The notes below the pieces were generated by a model that ran no database searches, was not told the origin of the DNA, and saw only the letters and a list, made by a program, of their open reading frames with translations. From contig CAZSSP010000007.1 of the NCBI GenBank assembly GCA_964609695.1, forward strand, positions 8,926-72,925: DNA of 64,000 nt. The letters are read 5' to 3'. This stretch comes from an uncultured Bacteriovoracaceae bacterium (lineage in GTDB: Bacteria; Bdellovibrionota; UBA2428). Below are positions 18,768 to 28,282 of the stretch, one piece after another; the first letter of the stretch is position 1, and each line of letters starts with the position of its first letter. The translations under genes were made by a program, and so were the position numbers.

Positions 18768-19619
18768 ATGGGAGCCAAGAAAAGGCAAAATGTCCGTAGG
18801 CACCTTGGTCTCGAACTATCCGGCCCTCGCGGCGATCACACTTTCCTCTGTGCGCTCGACGTCTTCCCTCATTCACACCGCTGCGTCCTCACTGATGTAT
18901 TGCAGCCCAAGGAAGACTTCGACCCTGATCAACCCCTCATAGAAGCCATAAAAAATCTATCCTCCATTCAAGGCGGTCAATGTGCGGGCATAGGCGTTAA
19001 CGCCCCCTTAAGCTTCCCTCCACTCTTTCGCAGTCTCCTTAAAGGAAAAGCCACGAGCTCAGAAAACAAAGAGCTTAAATGGATGCAAGAAACCCACAAA
19101 GAATTATTGGAAAAAATGAAAATAAAAGCTTTTTTACCTTATCTCCAAAGAGCCGGTGAAATCTATTTAAGACATTTTACAAAAGAGCGATTTCCTATAG
19201 CGGATTCATTCAGCAGCTCTGGAGCCACTTTAGCGATTCGATTACTCTATTGCCAAAAATTTATAAAAAAAACTTCCTTTAGTGAAGTCTATGCTCGTGG
19301 AGCCGTACAAAGAATTTGCCAATCCTTAAGAATGCCGAAGTTTGTTGAAAATAATTATTCGCACCTCACCAGTGGAGTTGAAGCCAGATATGAATTTTTT
19401 CAAAATCTTCAGAGTAAAGTGCCTGGCTTTTTCTTTTACGACGAACATTTAGAAACACTGACCATGCACATACACGCCTTCAATAGTTTTGTTTGTGCCC
19501 TGACAGATGTACTGAGTTTTGCCCAAGCCACCGAAAGAAAACCGGGTCATTTTCCCAGCGAAACATCTTGGATATTACTTCCCAAGCAAGTCATCGCCTG
19601 GGACCGTGTTTTTAAATAG
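18768..19619 (+). CDS. hypothetical protein
   Basis: 283-aa ORF with ATG start. LGLELSGPRG near the N-terminus could indicate an RNase H-like/ASKHA fold (weak). Confidence 0.45.
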   Translation: MGAKKRQNVRRHLGLELSGPRGDHTFLCALDVFPHSHRCVLTDVLQPKEDFDPDQPLIEAIKNLSSIQGGQCAGIGVNAPLSFPPLFRSLLKGKATSSENKELKWMQETHKELLEKMKIKAFLPYLQRAGEIYLRHFTKERFPIADSFSSSGATLAIRLLYCQKFIKKTSFSEVYARGAVQRICQSLRMPKFVENNYSHLTSGVEARYEFFQNLQSKVPGFFFYDEHLETLTMHIHAFNSFVCALTDVLSFAQATERKPGHFPSETSWILLPKQVIAWDRVFK

Positions 19620-20301
19620 GCCAAAGTAAGGAGTAATTGTTTGAGGCTGGCTTTGATAAACCAGCTTTAAAATCCCTGCGCCACGAAGAAAAATTTTCAT
19701 TCTCAAAAGTATTCACTTCTACGTTGTAAACAAGTTCCACTCCCAGAGACTTCCATCGATCTTCAACATATTTCCAAACATGAAAAAATCTTTGATCTGG
19801 ATTTAATAAATCCCTTTCAAAATACTTAGTATTGTCTGAAATATTTTTTGGAAACTGACTCCACATATCTTCTTTTACGGCAAAACTTTTACCCGACAAT
19901 GAAGGTCCCACCCATATCCAAGTGCTCTTAGGATCACACCATTTTTCTTTAAAAGGTAAAAACGGAAGCTCTTTTTGCACACCACGCCAACCCGCGTGCA
20001 TGGCCACCAAACTTCGATTTTGATGATCAATAAAAAAAATTGGCAAACAATCCGCTGTTTTAATGAGCAAAGGTTTCTTTTGATTTCGAAAATCTTGAGA
20101 ATCTACCCAAATAGCATCGGCCTCTGGTGGTGGATTCGTAGGCCAAGCCTCGACCCATTTAAAACACCGATCGCCATGAACCTGTTTTAAATGAAAAGTG
20201 TCTTCTAAAGAATAATTCTGACTTTCTTGCTTATCACAAAACTCTATTCGCAATCCTTTGGCCCAAGATTGTTCTAAGGGGAATTCAAGAGCAGACATCA
20301 A
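19612..20301 (-). CDS. pgeF: peptidoglycan editing factor PgeF (YfiH / laccase-domain family)
   Basis: QVHGDR, TADCLPIFF and HAGWRG motifs. Sits immediately downstream of rluD, as in the conserved rluD-yfiH pair. Confidence 0.85.
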   Translation of the reverse strand: MMSALEFPLEQSWAKGLRIEFCDKQESQNYSLEDTFHLKQVHGDRCFKWVEAWPTNPPPEADAIWVDSQDFRNQKKPLLIKTADCLPIFFIDHQNRSLVAMHAGWRGVQKELPFLPFKEKWCDPKSTWIWVGPSLSGKSFAVKEDMWSQFPKNISDNTKYFERDLLNPDQRFFHVWKYVEDRWKSLGVELVYNVEVNTFENENFSSWRRDFKAGLSKPASNNYSLLWPI

Positions 20302-21356
20302 TCTTCGCTGGGCCTTTCAAACTTCGACGACAAACTCAATCGCTTAATTTTACAGTAAGCTTCAAAACTTTGAGAACGCGCCTTGAAAGACATCTCTTCG
20401 CCAGTCCAAGGATGTTTAAAACGCAATGAATGCGCATGTAAATAAATTCTATCAGCGTCCATCCCCCCATAGAGAGTGTCGCCCAATATAGGCATACCTA
20501 AAGACGACAAATGGACTCGAATTTGATGAGTTCTTCCCGTTTCTAATTTCAACTCAAGCAATGCTTCATCAGTACCCTGACATAGCAAATGCATATGGCT
20601 GATAGCTTTTTTACCTTCTCCGGAAACTCTGAATCGCAAAACTTGTTTGGGATCTCGAGATAAAAAAGTCACCAAGGAGACCATCCCTTCTTCATTTTGC
20701 TTAATGGCTGCCAAGCTTCCTCGAAATAATTCTTCAAGGGACTTCGATCTTTTTTGAATGGCTTGATTAAAATCACCTCGGACCAAGGCCCAATAACAAC
20801 GATTCACATCGCGAGTGAGAAACAACTTACTCAATTTTTCATGAGTTTGAGGGTCTTTAGCCACAAGCAATGCACCTGAAGTTCCTCTATCGAGTCGATG
20901 AACTATTCCAGGCCGCTCCTCATCCCATAAATCCTTTTGCCAATCTTCGATGAGAGGAGAAACTTTTTTTTCTTTCAACAACCAAGCCGCTAAAGTTTGA
21001 TCAAATGGAACACCTTTTCCAGAGTGCACCGTGAGACCTTCTGGTTTATTAATCACAAGCAAACGATCGTCTTCAAAAATTATTTCAGGAGCTCGCCCAT
21101 GAAAAGAAATTTCTCCTTTTAAAAAAGCTTCAATCGGCTTGACCTCATGCTCGCCAAACCAAGACACTTTGTCTCCGAGCTTTAAACGATAGGAAGGTTT
21201 GACATCTTTTTGATTAACTCGAACCCAGCCCTTTTCAATAAGAGCGGTCCATTTTGATCGAGAGTAATCATGAATGATTTTAGACAACAAGGCATCCAAG
21301 CGCTCAGACACGTTGCTTTCATTAATTTCAATAGGAAAATATTCTTCTATCTTCAC
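20298..21356 (-). CDS. rluD: RluA/RluD-family 23S rRNA pseudouridine synthase
   Basis: S4-like N-terminus, HRLDRGTSGALLVAK catalytic motif, GRTHQIRVHL. Confidence 0.85.
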   Translation of the reverse strand: MKIEEYFPIEINESNVSERLDALLSKIIHDYSRSKWTALIEKGWVRVNQKDVKPSYRLKLGDKVSWFGEHEVKPIEAFLKGEISFHGRAPEIIFEDDRLLVINKPEGLTVHSGKGVPFDQTLAAWLLKEKKVSPLIEDWQKDLWDEERPGIVHRLDRGTSGALLVAKDPQTHEKLSKLFLTRDVNRCYWALVRGDFNQAIQKRSKSLEELFRGSLAAIKQNEEGMVSLVTFLSRDPKQVLRFRVSGEGKKAISHMHLLCQGTDEALLELKLETGRTHQIRVHLSSLGMPILGDTLYGGMDADRIYLHAHSLRFKHPWTGEEMSFKARSQSFEAYCKIKRLSLSSKFERPSED

Positions 21357-22075
21357 GTGAGAGTAGAAGGTTTACCGAGCTTATTCTCCCTCTTGAGTCG
21401 CTCAATATAGGTTTTTGCAAGAACTTGTTCATTGGGAATTGAAAGAGCCTGGCAAATAAGGACCAAGTGTCCTCGCAAATAAACTGGATGATGCAAGTGT
21501 TCGCCTAATTCATTTTCAATAGTCGTGATATGCGCCGGAGAAAGACGAATTTTTTGGCTCAGTTCTTCTTCGCTATACTGACGATAAAGTCGAACGGCTT
21601 TTAAAAATTCGCCGGTTAAATCTATACAGGAAGCAATCTTAGATTCAAATTCAGGATTGGGAACAAAATTAGATTTAACACTCGCCACAACACTAATGTT
21701 GGGATGTGTTTTTCTTGGACTGGGATTGAACTCAGATGAAGGTGATGAATAATTTTTATTGAGATTGGCCAAAACAGAGGGTGCTGAACGAGGACGATCC
21801 ATGGATTCATCCTTCCAAGAATCAAAGCCCATTTTCACATCATACTCTCGTCTTTTGGCAGGATTCCCCAAAACGGAAAAAGCATATTCAATTTCGCTCA
21901 AAATACTATCTTTAGATTCTTCATCAAAAACGGCATAGGACGCCACAGAATCTTCGGAATAAGTATTTTTAGCTCGGTTATATGCATGTAGAATATCGTT
22001 CTGACTCACGCCAGGAGTTAAATCCAAAATTAAATAAAGATTTTGCTTAGGCTTTACTGTAGTACTTTCGTTCAT
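21353..22075 (-). CDS. helix-turn-helix (RodZ-like) protein with degenerate J-like N-terminal region
   Basis: ATG at 22075 forms an ATGA overlap with the stop of the upstream ATPase gene. NLYLILDLTPGVSQNDILHAYNRAK resembles J-domain helix I-II but there is no HPD. The C-terminal SEEELSQKIRLSPAHITTIENE is an HTH. Confidence 0.6.
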   Translation of the reverse strand: MNESTTVKPKQNLYLILDLTPGVSQNDILHAYNRAKNTYSEDSVASYAVFDEESKDSILSEIEYAFSVLGNPAKRREYDVKMGFDSWKDESMDRPRSAPSVLANLNKNYSSPSSEFNPSPRKTHPNISVVASVKSNFVPNPEFESKIASCIDLTGEFLKAVRLYRQYSEEELSQKIRLSPAHITTIENELGEHLHHPVYLRGHLVLICQALSIPNEQVLAKTYIERLKRENKLGKPSTLT

Positions 22076-23094
22076 GGTGAATTCTTGATCTCTTCCTTCA
22101 TCAAGGCCTCTGTGAGTTTTTCTAATCGAGTCGAAAGCGGAGAGCGAGGAAATTCTGCAACCGCCGGTCTTTTTGAGCGAATGGCTTTCCACACCGAGTT
22201 ATCGTAATCAATGTATCCTGCGTATTTTAGATCAATCCCAAAAAATCTTCGACTCACGCTACAAATTGCCTTACCCACATCAATATCCACCTGAGTTCGC
22301 ACTTGATTAATAACAATATGAGGTGAAAGCGTTGAAGCCTGTTTGCGTAAAATTTCGCAAGCTTCTGGATCCAGTCGCTCTACTACAGCAAAGAGATCCA
22401 CTGGTGCGCGAAGACCTAAAATGTTTTTAGTATCTATCGCAGCTTCAATCACATCACGCACACCCTTTGGAACATCAGCCTGCATGAGACGCTCATAAAA
22501 GAGCGCACGAATAAACCGATAGGCGTTTTCAACGCTCGTCGGTTCAGGAAGTATAGAAAGCAATCCATTATCTGCAGCATTAAAAAATTTAATTGTTAGA
22601 TCATGTGTGCCCGCGCCTAGATCGATAAAAACTTCATCAAAATCCATTTCACGAATTTGATCTAAGAAGGCGTCCACACGCTTTTCCATCAAACTTAAAA
22701 TTTTCAAAGGATCATTGTAACCAGAAATATGAAGCAATCCGACTTGAGCTGTAGGAACCATGAGTTGTCTTAAGTGATCGACACGACCCTCTACCCAATC
22801 ACCGATTCCTACTTTAGGTGGAGTCACACCTAAACATGTGTGCAAATTTGCGCCACCAAGATCTAAATCTATAGCCAAAACACGACGCCCTTTACGAGCC
22901 ATAACCCAACAAACGTTGGCACAAATTAAACTTTTACCAACTCCACCCTTGCCACCACCGACAGCCCAAATGCGAGCTCTTTTTTGTGTTTGAATGCGCG
23001 GAGATATATTGGATGAAAAAGGATTTTCCTGAGGCTTCTGAGCCGAGCCAGAGAGAACGAGGCTTCCCTCGACACTTTCCCACTCTTTATCCAA
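22072..23094 (-). CDS. MinD/ParA-family P-loop ATPase (FlhG/FleN-like)
   Basis: Deviant Walker A GGGKGGVGKS. TTG start preceded by AGGGAGGGA. Located directly after flgL. Confidence 0.8.
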   Translation of the reverse strand: MDKEWESVEGSLVLSGSAQKPQENPFSSNISPRIQTQKRARIWAVGGGKGGVGKSLICANVCWVMARKGRRVLAIDLDLGGANLHTCLGVTPPKVGIGDWVEGRVDHLRQLMVPTAQVGLLHISGYNDPLKILSLMEKRVDAFLDQIREMDFDEVFIDLGAGTHDLTIKFFNAADNGLLSILPEPTSVENAYRFIRALFYERLMQADVPKGVRDVIEAAIDTKNILGLRAPVDLFAVVERLDPEACEILRKQASTLSPHIVINQVRTQVDIDVGKAICSVSRRFFGIDLKYAGYIDYDNSVWKAIRSKRPAVAEFPRSPLSTRLEKLTEALMKEEIKNSP

Positions 23095-23164
23095 GAAATT
23101 CCCTCCCTAATATAATAATCCCACGGCCTCGCCAATCCCGCAAGCGAGTCCCAAGAAGGAGACC

Positions 23165-24274
23165 TTACTTTAAAAAGTCCAGCAATGAAGGGGTTATCAA
23201 TCGTTTGCTCGTTTCAAGGCTGGCATTAAGAGCATGCTCATCTTTAGCCAAATCAGAAAAGACTTTAAGCGCATCAGCATCTTCTACTCTAGAGTTGAGA
23301 TCTATCTTGGTCACTTCATCATGCTCCAAGGAACTTTGAACCATTTCTAGAGTTTTTTGTTGTGAACCTATCATCGATCGTGAAGTCACAACCTGCTGAA
23401 AAGCTTCTTCTAAAGAATCAAGAGCATTATTGATTCCTTTGACGTTGCCGCTCTTCAAGGAATCGTTGAAATCCTTCAATGATTTCAACACATTAACGCC
23501 GCCACCCGCTTGTCCAACACCCACTTTTTCTGCAAGCTTTTCGCCCCCTTTTTCAGCAGCTTTTAGAGCTTCTTTGGCAGCCTGAGCCTCGGTCCCCGAA
23601 GTGGCCGCTTTGGCAACAGCAGAGGCTGGTCCGCGCAATTCTGACTCAAGCGGTAGCCCTAAAGTTGGAATTCCTGCCGATCCATTTTCACGTATTTTAG
23701 AGGCTTCTGGGGCAATCTTATCGACCCCATAAAAAACGAAACTACCAGGAATATTCATGTTAACTTTATGCCCAGAATCCACTTCAACTTGAATGATCCC
23801 GTCATCACCAAAATAATTTCCGTCATGATCAAAAGGAGCGTTGAGCGTTTGATAACCGCCAAAAATATAACGGTCACCCACTCTAGTGTTACCAATTTGC
23901 AAAGCTCTAGAAAAAAGCTGTTCAACTTCTGCAGAGGCTGACTGCAATACACTTTTCTCTTGGTTAGTGGTGTTGCTCATACTCACCGCCAATTCTTTGG
24001 CGCGAGCCAAGACATCACTTAAATCGCCCAAAGCATTTTCGGAAATTTTCATGATGGCATTGGTAGACACGACGTTAGTTTGAAGCTGTTTATTTTGAGC
24101 TAACTGTTGTTTTAAATCTAGAGATCGCACCAAACCCGCAGGATCATCAGAGGGGCGACTAATACGTTTACCAGAAGTTCCTTGCTCTTGGTTTTTAACT
24201 AAATTTCCTCGAGTTCTATTGATGGCATTCCCCGCCTGAGAATAAACCATTTTATCAGTCACACGAGTTGTCAT
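23165..24274 (-). CDS. flgL: flagellar hook-associated protein 3
   Basis: Flagellin-like N-terminus RVTDKMVYSQ...GKRISRPSDDPAG and conserved C-terminal helix. Follows flgK. Confidence 0.85.
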   Translation of the reverse strand: MTTRVTDKMVYSQAGNAINRTRGNLVKNQEQGTSGKRISRPSDDPAGLVRSLDLKQQLAQNKQLQTNVVSTNAIMKISENALGDLSDVLARAKELAVSMSNTTNQEKSVLQSASAEVEQLFSRALQIGNTRVGDRYIFGGYQTLNAPFDHDGNYFGDDGIIQVEVDSGHKVNMNIPGSFVFYGVDKIAPEASKIRENGSAGIPTLGLPLESELRGPASAVAKAATSGTEAQAAKEALKAAEKGGEKLAEKVGVGQAGGGVNVLKSLKDFNDSLKSGNVKGINNALDSLEEAFQQVVTSRSMIGSQQKTLEMVQSSLEHDEVTKIDLNSRVEDADALKVFSDLAKDEHALNASLETSKRLITPSLLDFLK

Positions 24275-24276
24275 CT

Positions 24277-25698
24277 TTAAAACCTCTTAAGATTTAAAAC
24301 GGTTTCTAACATGGAGTCGGCCACTTGAATGACCTTGGCACTAGCATCAAAGGCTTTTTGAAATCTCACCATATTCAAAGCTTCTTCATCGAGAGAAACG
24401 CCTGACTCTTGCTCTCTTAAATTTTCAATTTGAGTCAGAATGCCTTTTTGATTTTGGAGAGTTTCCTCAGCACCACGAGATTCAATACCAATTTTTGCAA
24501 TCATCTGGCCTGCAAAATCAGCAAAGGAACTTTCGCCATTAATCACTTTACTATTTTCCAAATCAGCTAACTTTAACAATGCCCTGTTATCGCCGGGAGC
24601 ATTTCGAGTCATTCCAGCCGCGAGCATCCCAGGACTTCTCATCAATTCATCTGTAACTGCAATTTTGGAAGCAGCTTTTTTTTCAGCACCACCCACATCA
24701 AAAATATTTCCACCTGCTTGTCCATTAAGAGTAAAACCACTTTGATGAAGGTCATTAACTTCTTTTGAAAAGTTAAAAGCTAAAGCATCTAAATTCTTTG
24801 CAACACCTGCTAAAGTTTCATCGCGAGCCTTTAAATAGGCACCCAATTCTCCACCCTTAACGAAATCAGAAACCACAGTGACCGATTCCCCGGTCGAACT
24901 CTTGAGCGCCACTTGCATAGCCCCTTCGAAATAACCTCCAGGAGTCGTGTTTCTTACGGCACTCACTTTATAAGCATCTACTCCAGACACCAAATCACCC
25001 ATACGGCCAGAACTCACGGTGATACTTCCGTTATCGTTTTCCATGACATTGATGTCGACTAATGAGCTGAGTTCTTTAAGATTCAAATCGCGCATATCTT
25101 TTTCATCGTTGGCAATGCCCTGAGTCCCTTCAATCGTTTGAATCTGACGATTGAGATCGGCAATGCGTTGAGAGAGCGAATTAATTTTATCAACAGTCAC
25201 AGCGATACGACCATCTATGTCGTTTCTAATTCCCTCAAGAGACCCTTGTATTGAGCGAAACTTTGTAGATAGCGTTTTCGCACTTTCCACAACTCCAGCT
25301 CGCATGGCCGTTGAATTAGGTTGCGAAGAAAGATTTCTAACATCATTAAAAAAATCACTGAAAGATTTATTCAAACCTTTTTCTGCATCATCCACAAAAA
25401 TATCTTCTATCTGATGCAAAACACCACTGTAGTTTTCTGATTTACCAACCTGAGAATTAAGAGCTTCTAGTCTTCGAGCTACAAAAGTAGAGCTGGCTCT
25501 AGTCACAGCATTAACGTTAACGCCATTCCCCACTCTAACTTTACCCAGTCCATAAGGAGCTCGCGCCTCCATCTCAACTCGCTGACGAGAATATCCCTCT
25601 GTGTTCGCATTAGAAATATTATGTGAAGTGACGGCAAGAGCTTTTTGATTGGCTCCCAAAGAGGCTTTACTTTGATCGAATATTTGATTGATTGACAT
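24277..25698 (-). CDS. flgK: flagellar hook-associated protein 1
   Basis: N-terminus MSINQIFDQSKASLGANQKALAVTSHNISNANTEGYSRQRVE and C-terminus ...ETVLNLKRF, typical of FlgK. Confidence 0.9.
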   Translation of the reverse strand: MSINQIFDQSKASLGANQKALAVTSHNISNANTEGYSRQRVEMEARAPYGLGKVRVGNGVNVNAVTRASSTFVARRLEALNSQVGKSENYSGVLHQIEDIFVDDAEKGLNKSFSDFFNDVRNLSSQPNSTAMRAGVVESAKTLSTKFRSIQGSLEGIRNDIDGRIAVTVDKINSLSQRIADLNRQIQTIEGTQGIANDEKDMRDLNLKELSSLVDINVMENDNGSITVSSGRMGDLVSGVDAYKVSAVRNTTPGGYFEGAMQVALKSSTGESVTVVSDFVKGGELGAYLKARDETLAGVAKNLDALAFNFSKEVNDLHQSGFTLNGQAGGNIFDVGGAEKKAASKIAVTDELMRSPGMLAAGMTRNAPGDNRALLKLADLENSKVINGESSFADFAGQMIAKIGIESRGAEETLQNQKGILTQIENLREQESGVSLDEEALNMVRFQKAFDASAKVIQVADSMLETVLNLKRF

Positions 25699-26241
25699 CT
25701 ATAGTCTCTTTTCCATAAGAGAACCGCCTGCGGACTTAGAATCTTTAACTTTACCTTTACCCGTATAAACTTGGGACTGCTCACGAACTCTGACAGGCTC
25801 ACGGACTCCACGAATAGCTTCACTCAAATGAGAGGCAATCTGCCTAAGGTTGTCGACACTCGCCTCTATGAACTCTTTGTTAGACTCCACTTTTCGAGTC
25901 ACTAAAGAAATCACTAAAGCCAAATCATTTCTCAACTGAGAAAGTCTTTTAGCCTCTAAGGGAATTTGTTCTTTAAGCTCATCAATTAAAACGCGAAGGC
26001 TGATATCATCGGCTTTGCGATTCATGATAATGGCGAACTGATCTTGAATTCGAAGTCGATCTTGATCGAGTGCTTTTATTACAGATAAAATTTCATCTTT
26101 TTCTCGGAGCAAAGTTAAAATTAAATTAAAATCAAAAGAGATGAGAGCTTCGCGCTCACGATCTAACAATTCAATCACACGACCATACAAAACCTGCATT
26201 CTTTCCAAAAGCAGAATCAGATTTTGTATTTTTTGTAACAT
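25699..26241 (-). CDS. flgN: FlgN-family flagellar chaperone
   Basis: 180-aa helical protein between flgM and flgK, with an N-terminal LLDREREALISFDF-type FlgN pattern. Confidence 0.65.
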   Translation of the reverse strand: MLQKIQNLILLLERMQVLYGRVIELLDREREALISFDFNLILTLLREKDEILSVIKALDQDRLRIQDQFAIIMNRKADDISLRVLIDELKEQIPLEAKRLSQLRNDLALVISLVTRKVESNKEFIEASVDNLRQIASHLSEAIRGVREPVRVREQSQVYTGKGKVKDSKSAGGSLMEKRL

Positions 26242-26262
26242 GGTCCCCCACCATTCACATTA

Positions 26263-26589
26263 TTATTTGCGACTGAGTACTTCGTTCTCCAATGAATCTT
26301 GAATCATTCTGTCGGCCACTTTATCTGCATCCACTTTGTATTCACCTTTTTGAATTTGTGCTTTGAGTGCCGCCACTTTATCCTTGCGAACATCAGGCGA
26401 ATTTTTTACAGAGCGCACGCCTTCAGATAAAAGACTTGCGTTGTCGGACCATTTTACTCTTTGAGCTACTGACTGTTTGGCTTCAGAAAGGTTTTCTAAA
26501 TTTTCCTTTTTCTTTGCGGAATCCGCACTGTCGGTGCCTTTGATTGTGCTTTCACGAATTTTATCGGCTGACACTTTAGAGATATCCAT
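26263..26589 (-). CDS. flgM: anti-sigma-28 factor FlgM
   Basis: 108 aa. C-terminal KVAALKAQIQKGEYKVDADKVADRMI matches the FlgM sigma-28-binding region. Confidence 0.8.
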   Translation of the reverse strand: MDISKVSADKIRESTIKGTDSADSAKKKENLENLSEAKQSVAQRVKWSDNASLLSEGVRSVKNSPDVRKDKVAALKAQIQKGEYKVDADKVADRMIQDSLENEVLSRK

Positions 26590-26609
26590 AAACCCTCCTG
26601 GTTATGTTC

Positions 26610-26981
26610 TTATTGTAACAAAGCTCCCTTGGGAACTCCACCTTTTCCTTCGAGCTGACGGACCACTAAATCCTTTATTCCGATTGGATTTTGACGGGCG
26701 ATTTGCTCTAAAAAGGCTTGATCCCTCATAGATTCAAATATTTTCTCAGCATTAGATTTCCTAAAAAGATTTGAAGCACTCTCATTCATAGAGTCCCCAG
26801 ACATTTTCATTTGACTATAAAGTTGTTGAAGAAAAATAGATTCGAAAGCCGAACCGATTTTTTCATATTGCTGCTGACGAGTGAGTGATTGCGGACTCTC
26901 CTGAGCTCTAAGGTTTCCCACTAGAGTCAGGATGAAAATTAAAGATTGGATCGAGGAGTTCCCGGCTATACGACACATCAT
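26610..26981 (-). CDS. flagellar rod-binding protein (FlgJ N-terminal-domain-like, no muramidase domain)
   Basis: FESIFLQQLYSQMKMS matches the rod-binding domain motif. I prefer the ATG at 26981, which gives signal-like MMCRIAGNSSIQSLIFILTLVGNLRA. The longest ORF starts with GTG at 27161, overlapping the flgI stop. Confidence 0.6.
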   Translation of the reverse strand: MMCRIAGNSSIQSLIFILTLVGNLRAQESPQSLTRQQQYEKIGSAFESIFLQQLYSQMKMSGDSMNESASNLFRKSNAEKIFESMRDQAFLEQIARQNPIGIKDLVVRQLEGKGGVPKGALLQ

Positions 26982-27160
26982 GTGTCTAAAGAGCCCAAAT
27001 CTTTCAAAGACCTTACGTTTTCTCGTCCCCTGGGAGGAATTCAACAAACGCGATTCAAGAAATTCCATCCTAGAATTTCCGCATCGAAGAACCCCTCGAT
27101 CCTGCCACGACACACTCGAAGTGTGCTTAAGCCAATGTCCCAATAGAAGAACACCATTCA

Positions 27161-28282
27161 CTATAAAATCTCCAACTCGGCCTGCAGAGCGCCTTGTGCT
27201 TTTAGCGCTTGCAAAATTCCGATGAGATCTCTCGGTGTCACTCCTAGAGTGTTCAACCCACGTACAACATCCCCGAGGCTTGCTCCCTCAGGTACAGTTA
27301 AAAGTTTATCACCAGGCTCATTTATTTTAATAGTAGTTTCGTTGACAGTTGTTTTTTCTGTTGCCAACAAAGATTTGTCGGGCACAGGACCTGACTCAGG
27401 AGCAACAGCTACTGGTTTTTCTTCAACTTTTTCCTGGCTCTTAATTTCAAGTGTCAAATTTCCGTGCGCAATGGCCACTGTCGATATTCTTACAGTGTCA
27501 CCCACAACAATAGTTCCAGTTCTTTCATTGATAACAATTCTTGCAGCATTATCTTTTTCGATATCAATTCGCTCTATTCTTGCCATGAGATCGACCACCG
27601 AGCCTTCAAAATCATAGGGAACTAGAACATCAACAGTAGCCGCATCACGTGAACGAGCATAAATTCCACCGAGTTCTTTATTAATAGAACGGCTCACTCG
27701 AGCAGCTGTTGTAAAATCTGGATTGTGCAAACTTAAGCGAATGGCACTTCGATCTGAAAAATCTTGATTCACTTCTTTTTCAATTAAAGCCCCATCTGGG
27801 ACACGTCCGATAGTGGGATGATTTTTTGAAGTTGAAGATCCACCCCCACTTCCCTCAAAACCTCCAACGGACATTGGGCCCTGAGCTACGGCATAAACTT
27901 TTTTATCAGTAGCTCTTAAAGGAGTGACCAAAAGAGTTCCACCTTGAAGAGATTTAGCATCGCCAATACTCGAAACAATCACATCTATGCGCCCACCCAC
28001 TCTAGAGAAGGGAGGCAAATCAGCCGTCACCACAACCGCGGCTACGTTTTTGGAATAAGTAAGATCCTGCTTAACGTCGACTCCCATTTGCCTCAACATT
28101 TGAGACATAGACATACCTGTGTATTCAACTTTGGAATCGCCCGTGCCCTTCAAACCCACAACAAGTCCATATCCAACGAGCTGGTTTTCTCTCATGCCCT
28201 TAACGCTCACAACATCCTTAAGTCTTAGACACCAGGCCTGTGAAATTAAGGTTAATGATAAAAGAATTCCTATTCGCCTCAT
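27161..28282 (-). CDS. flgI: flagellar P-ring protein
   Basis: Signal peptide plus GYGLVVGLKGTGD and C-terminal LQALKAQGALQAELEIL. Confidence 0.92.
   Translation of the reverse strand: MRRIGILLSLTLISQAWCLRLKDVVSVKGMRENQLVGYGLVVGLKGTGDSKVEYTGMSMSQMLRQMGVDVKQDLTYSKNVAAVVVTADLPPFSRVGGRIDVIVSSIGDAKSLQGGTLLVTPLRATDKKVYAVAQGPMSVGGFEGSGGGSSTSKNHPTIGRVPDGALIEKEVNQDFSDRSAIRLSLHNPDFTTAARVSRSINKELGGIYARSRDAATVDVLVPYDFEGSVVDLMARIERIDIEKDNAARIVINERTGTIVVGDTVRISTVAIAHGNLTLEIKSQEKVEEKPVAVAPESGPVPDKSLLATEKTTVNETTIKINEPGDKLLTVPEGASLGDVVRGLNTLGVTPRDLIGILQALKAQGALQAELEIL

Noticed and set aside
19612-19619. 8-bp 3'-end overlaps of convergent genes (also at 55371-55378; 4-bp TTAA overlap at 35134-35137)
   Set aside because: These are real but common in compact genomes. 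They imply only that no intergenic terminator exists, and nothing further is supported by the sequence.
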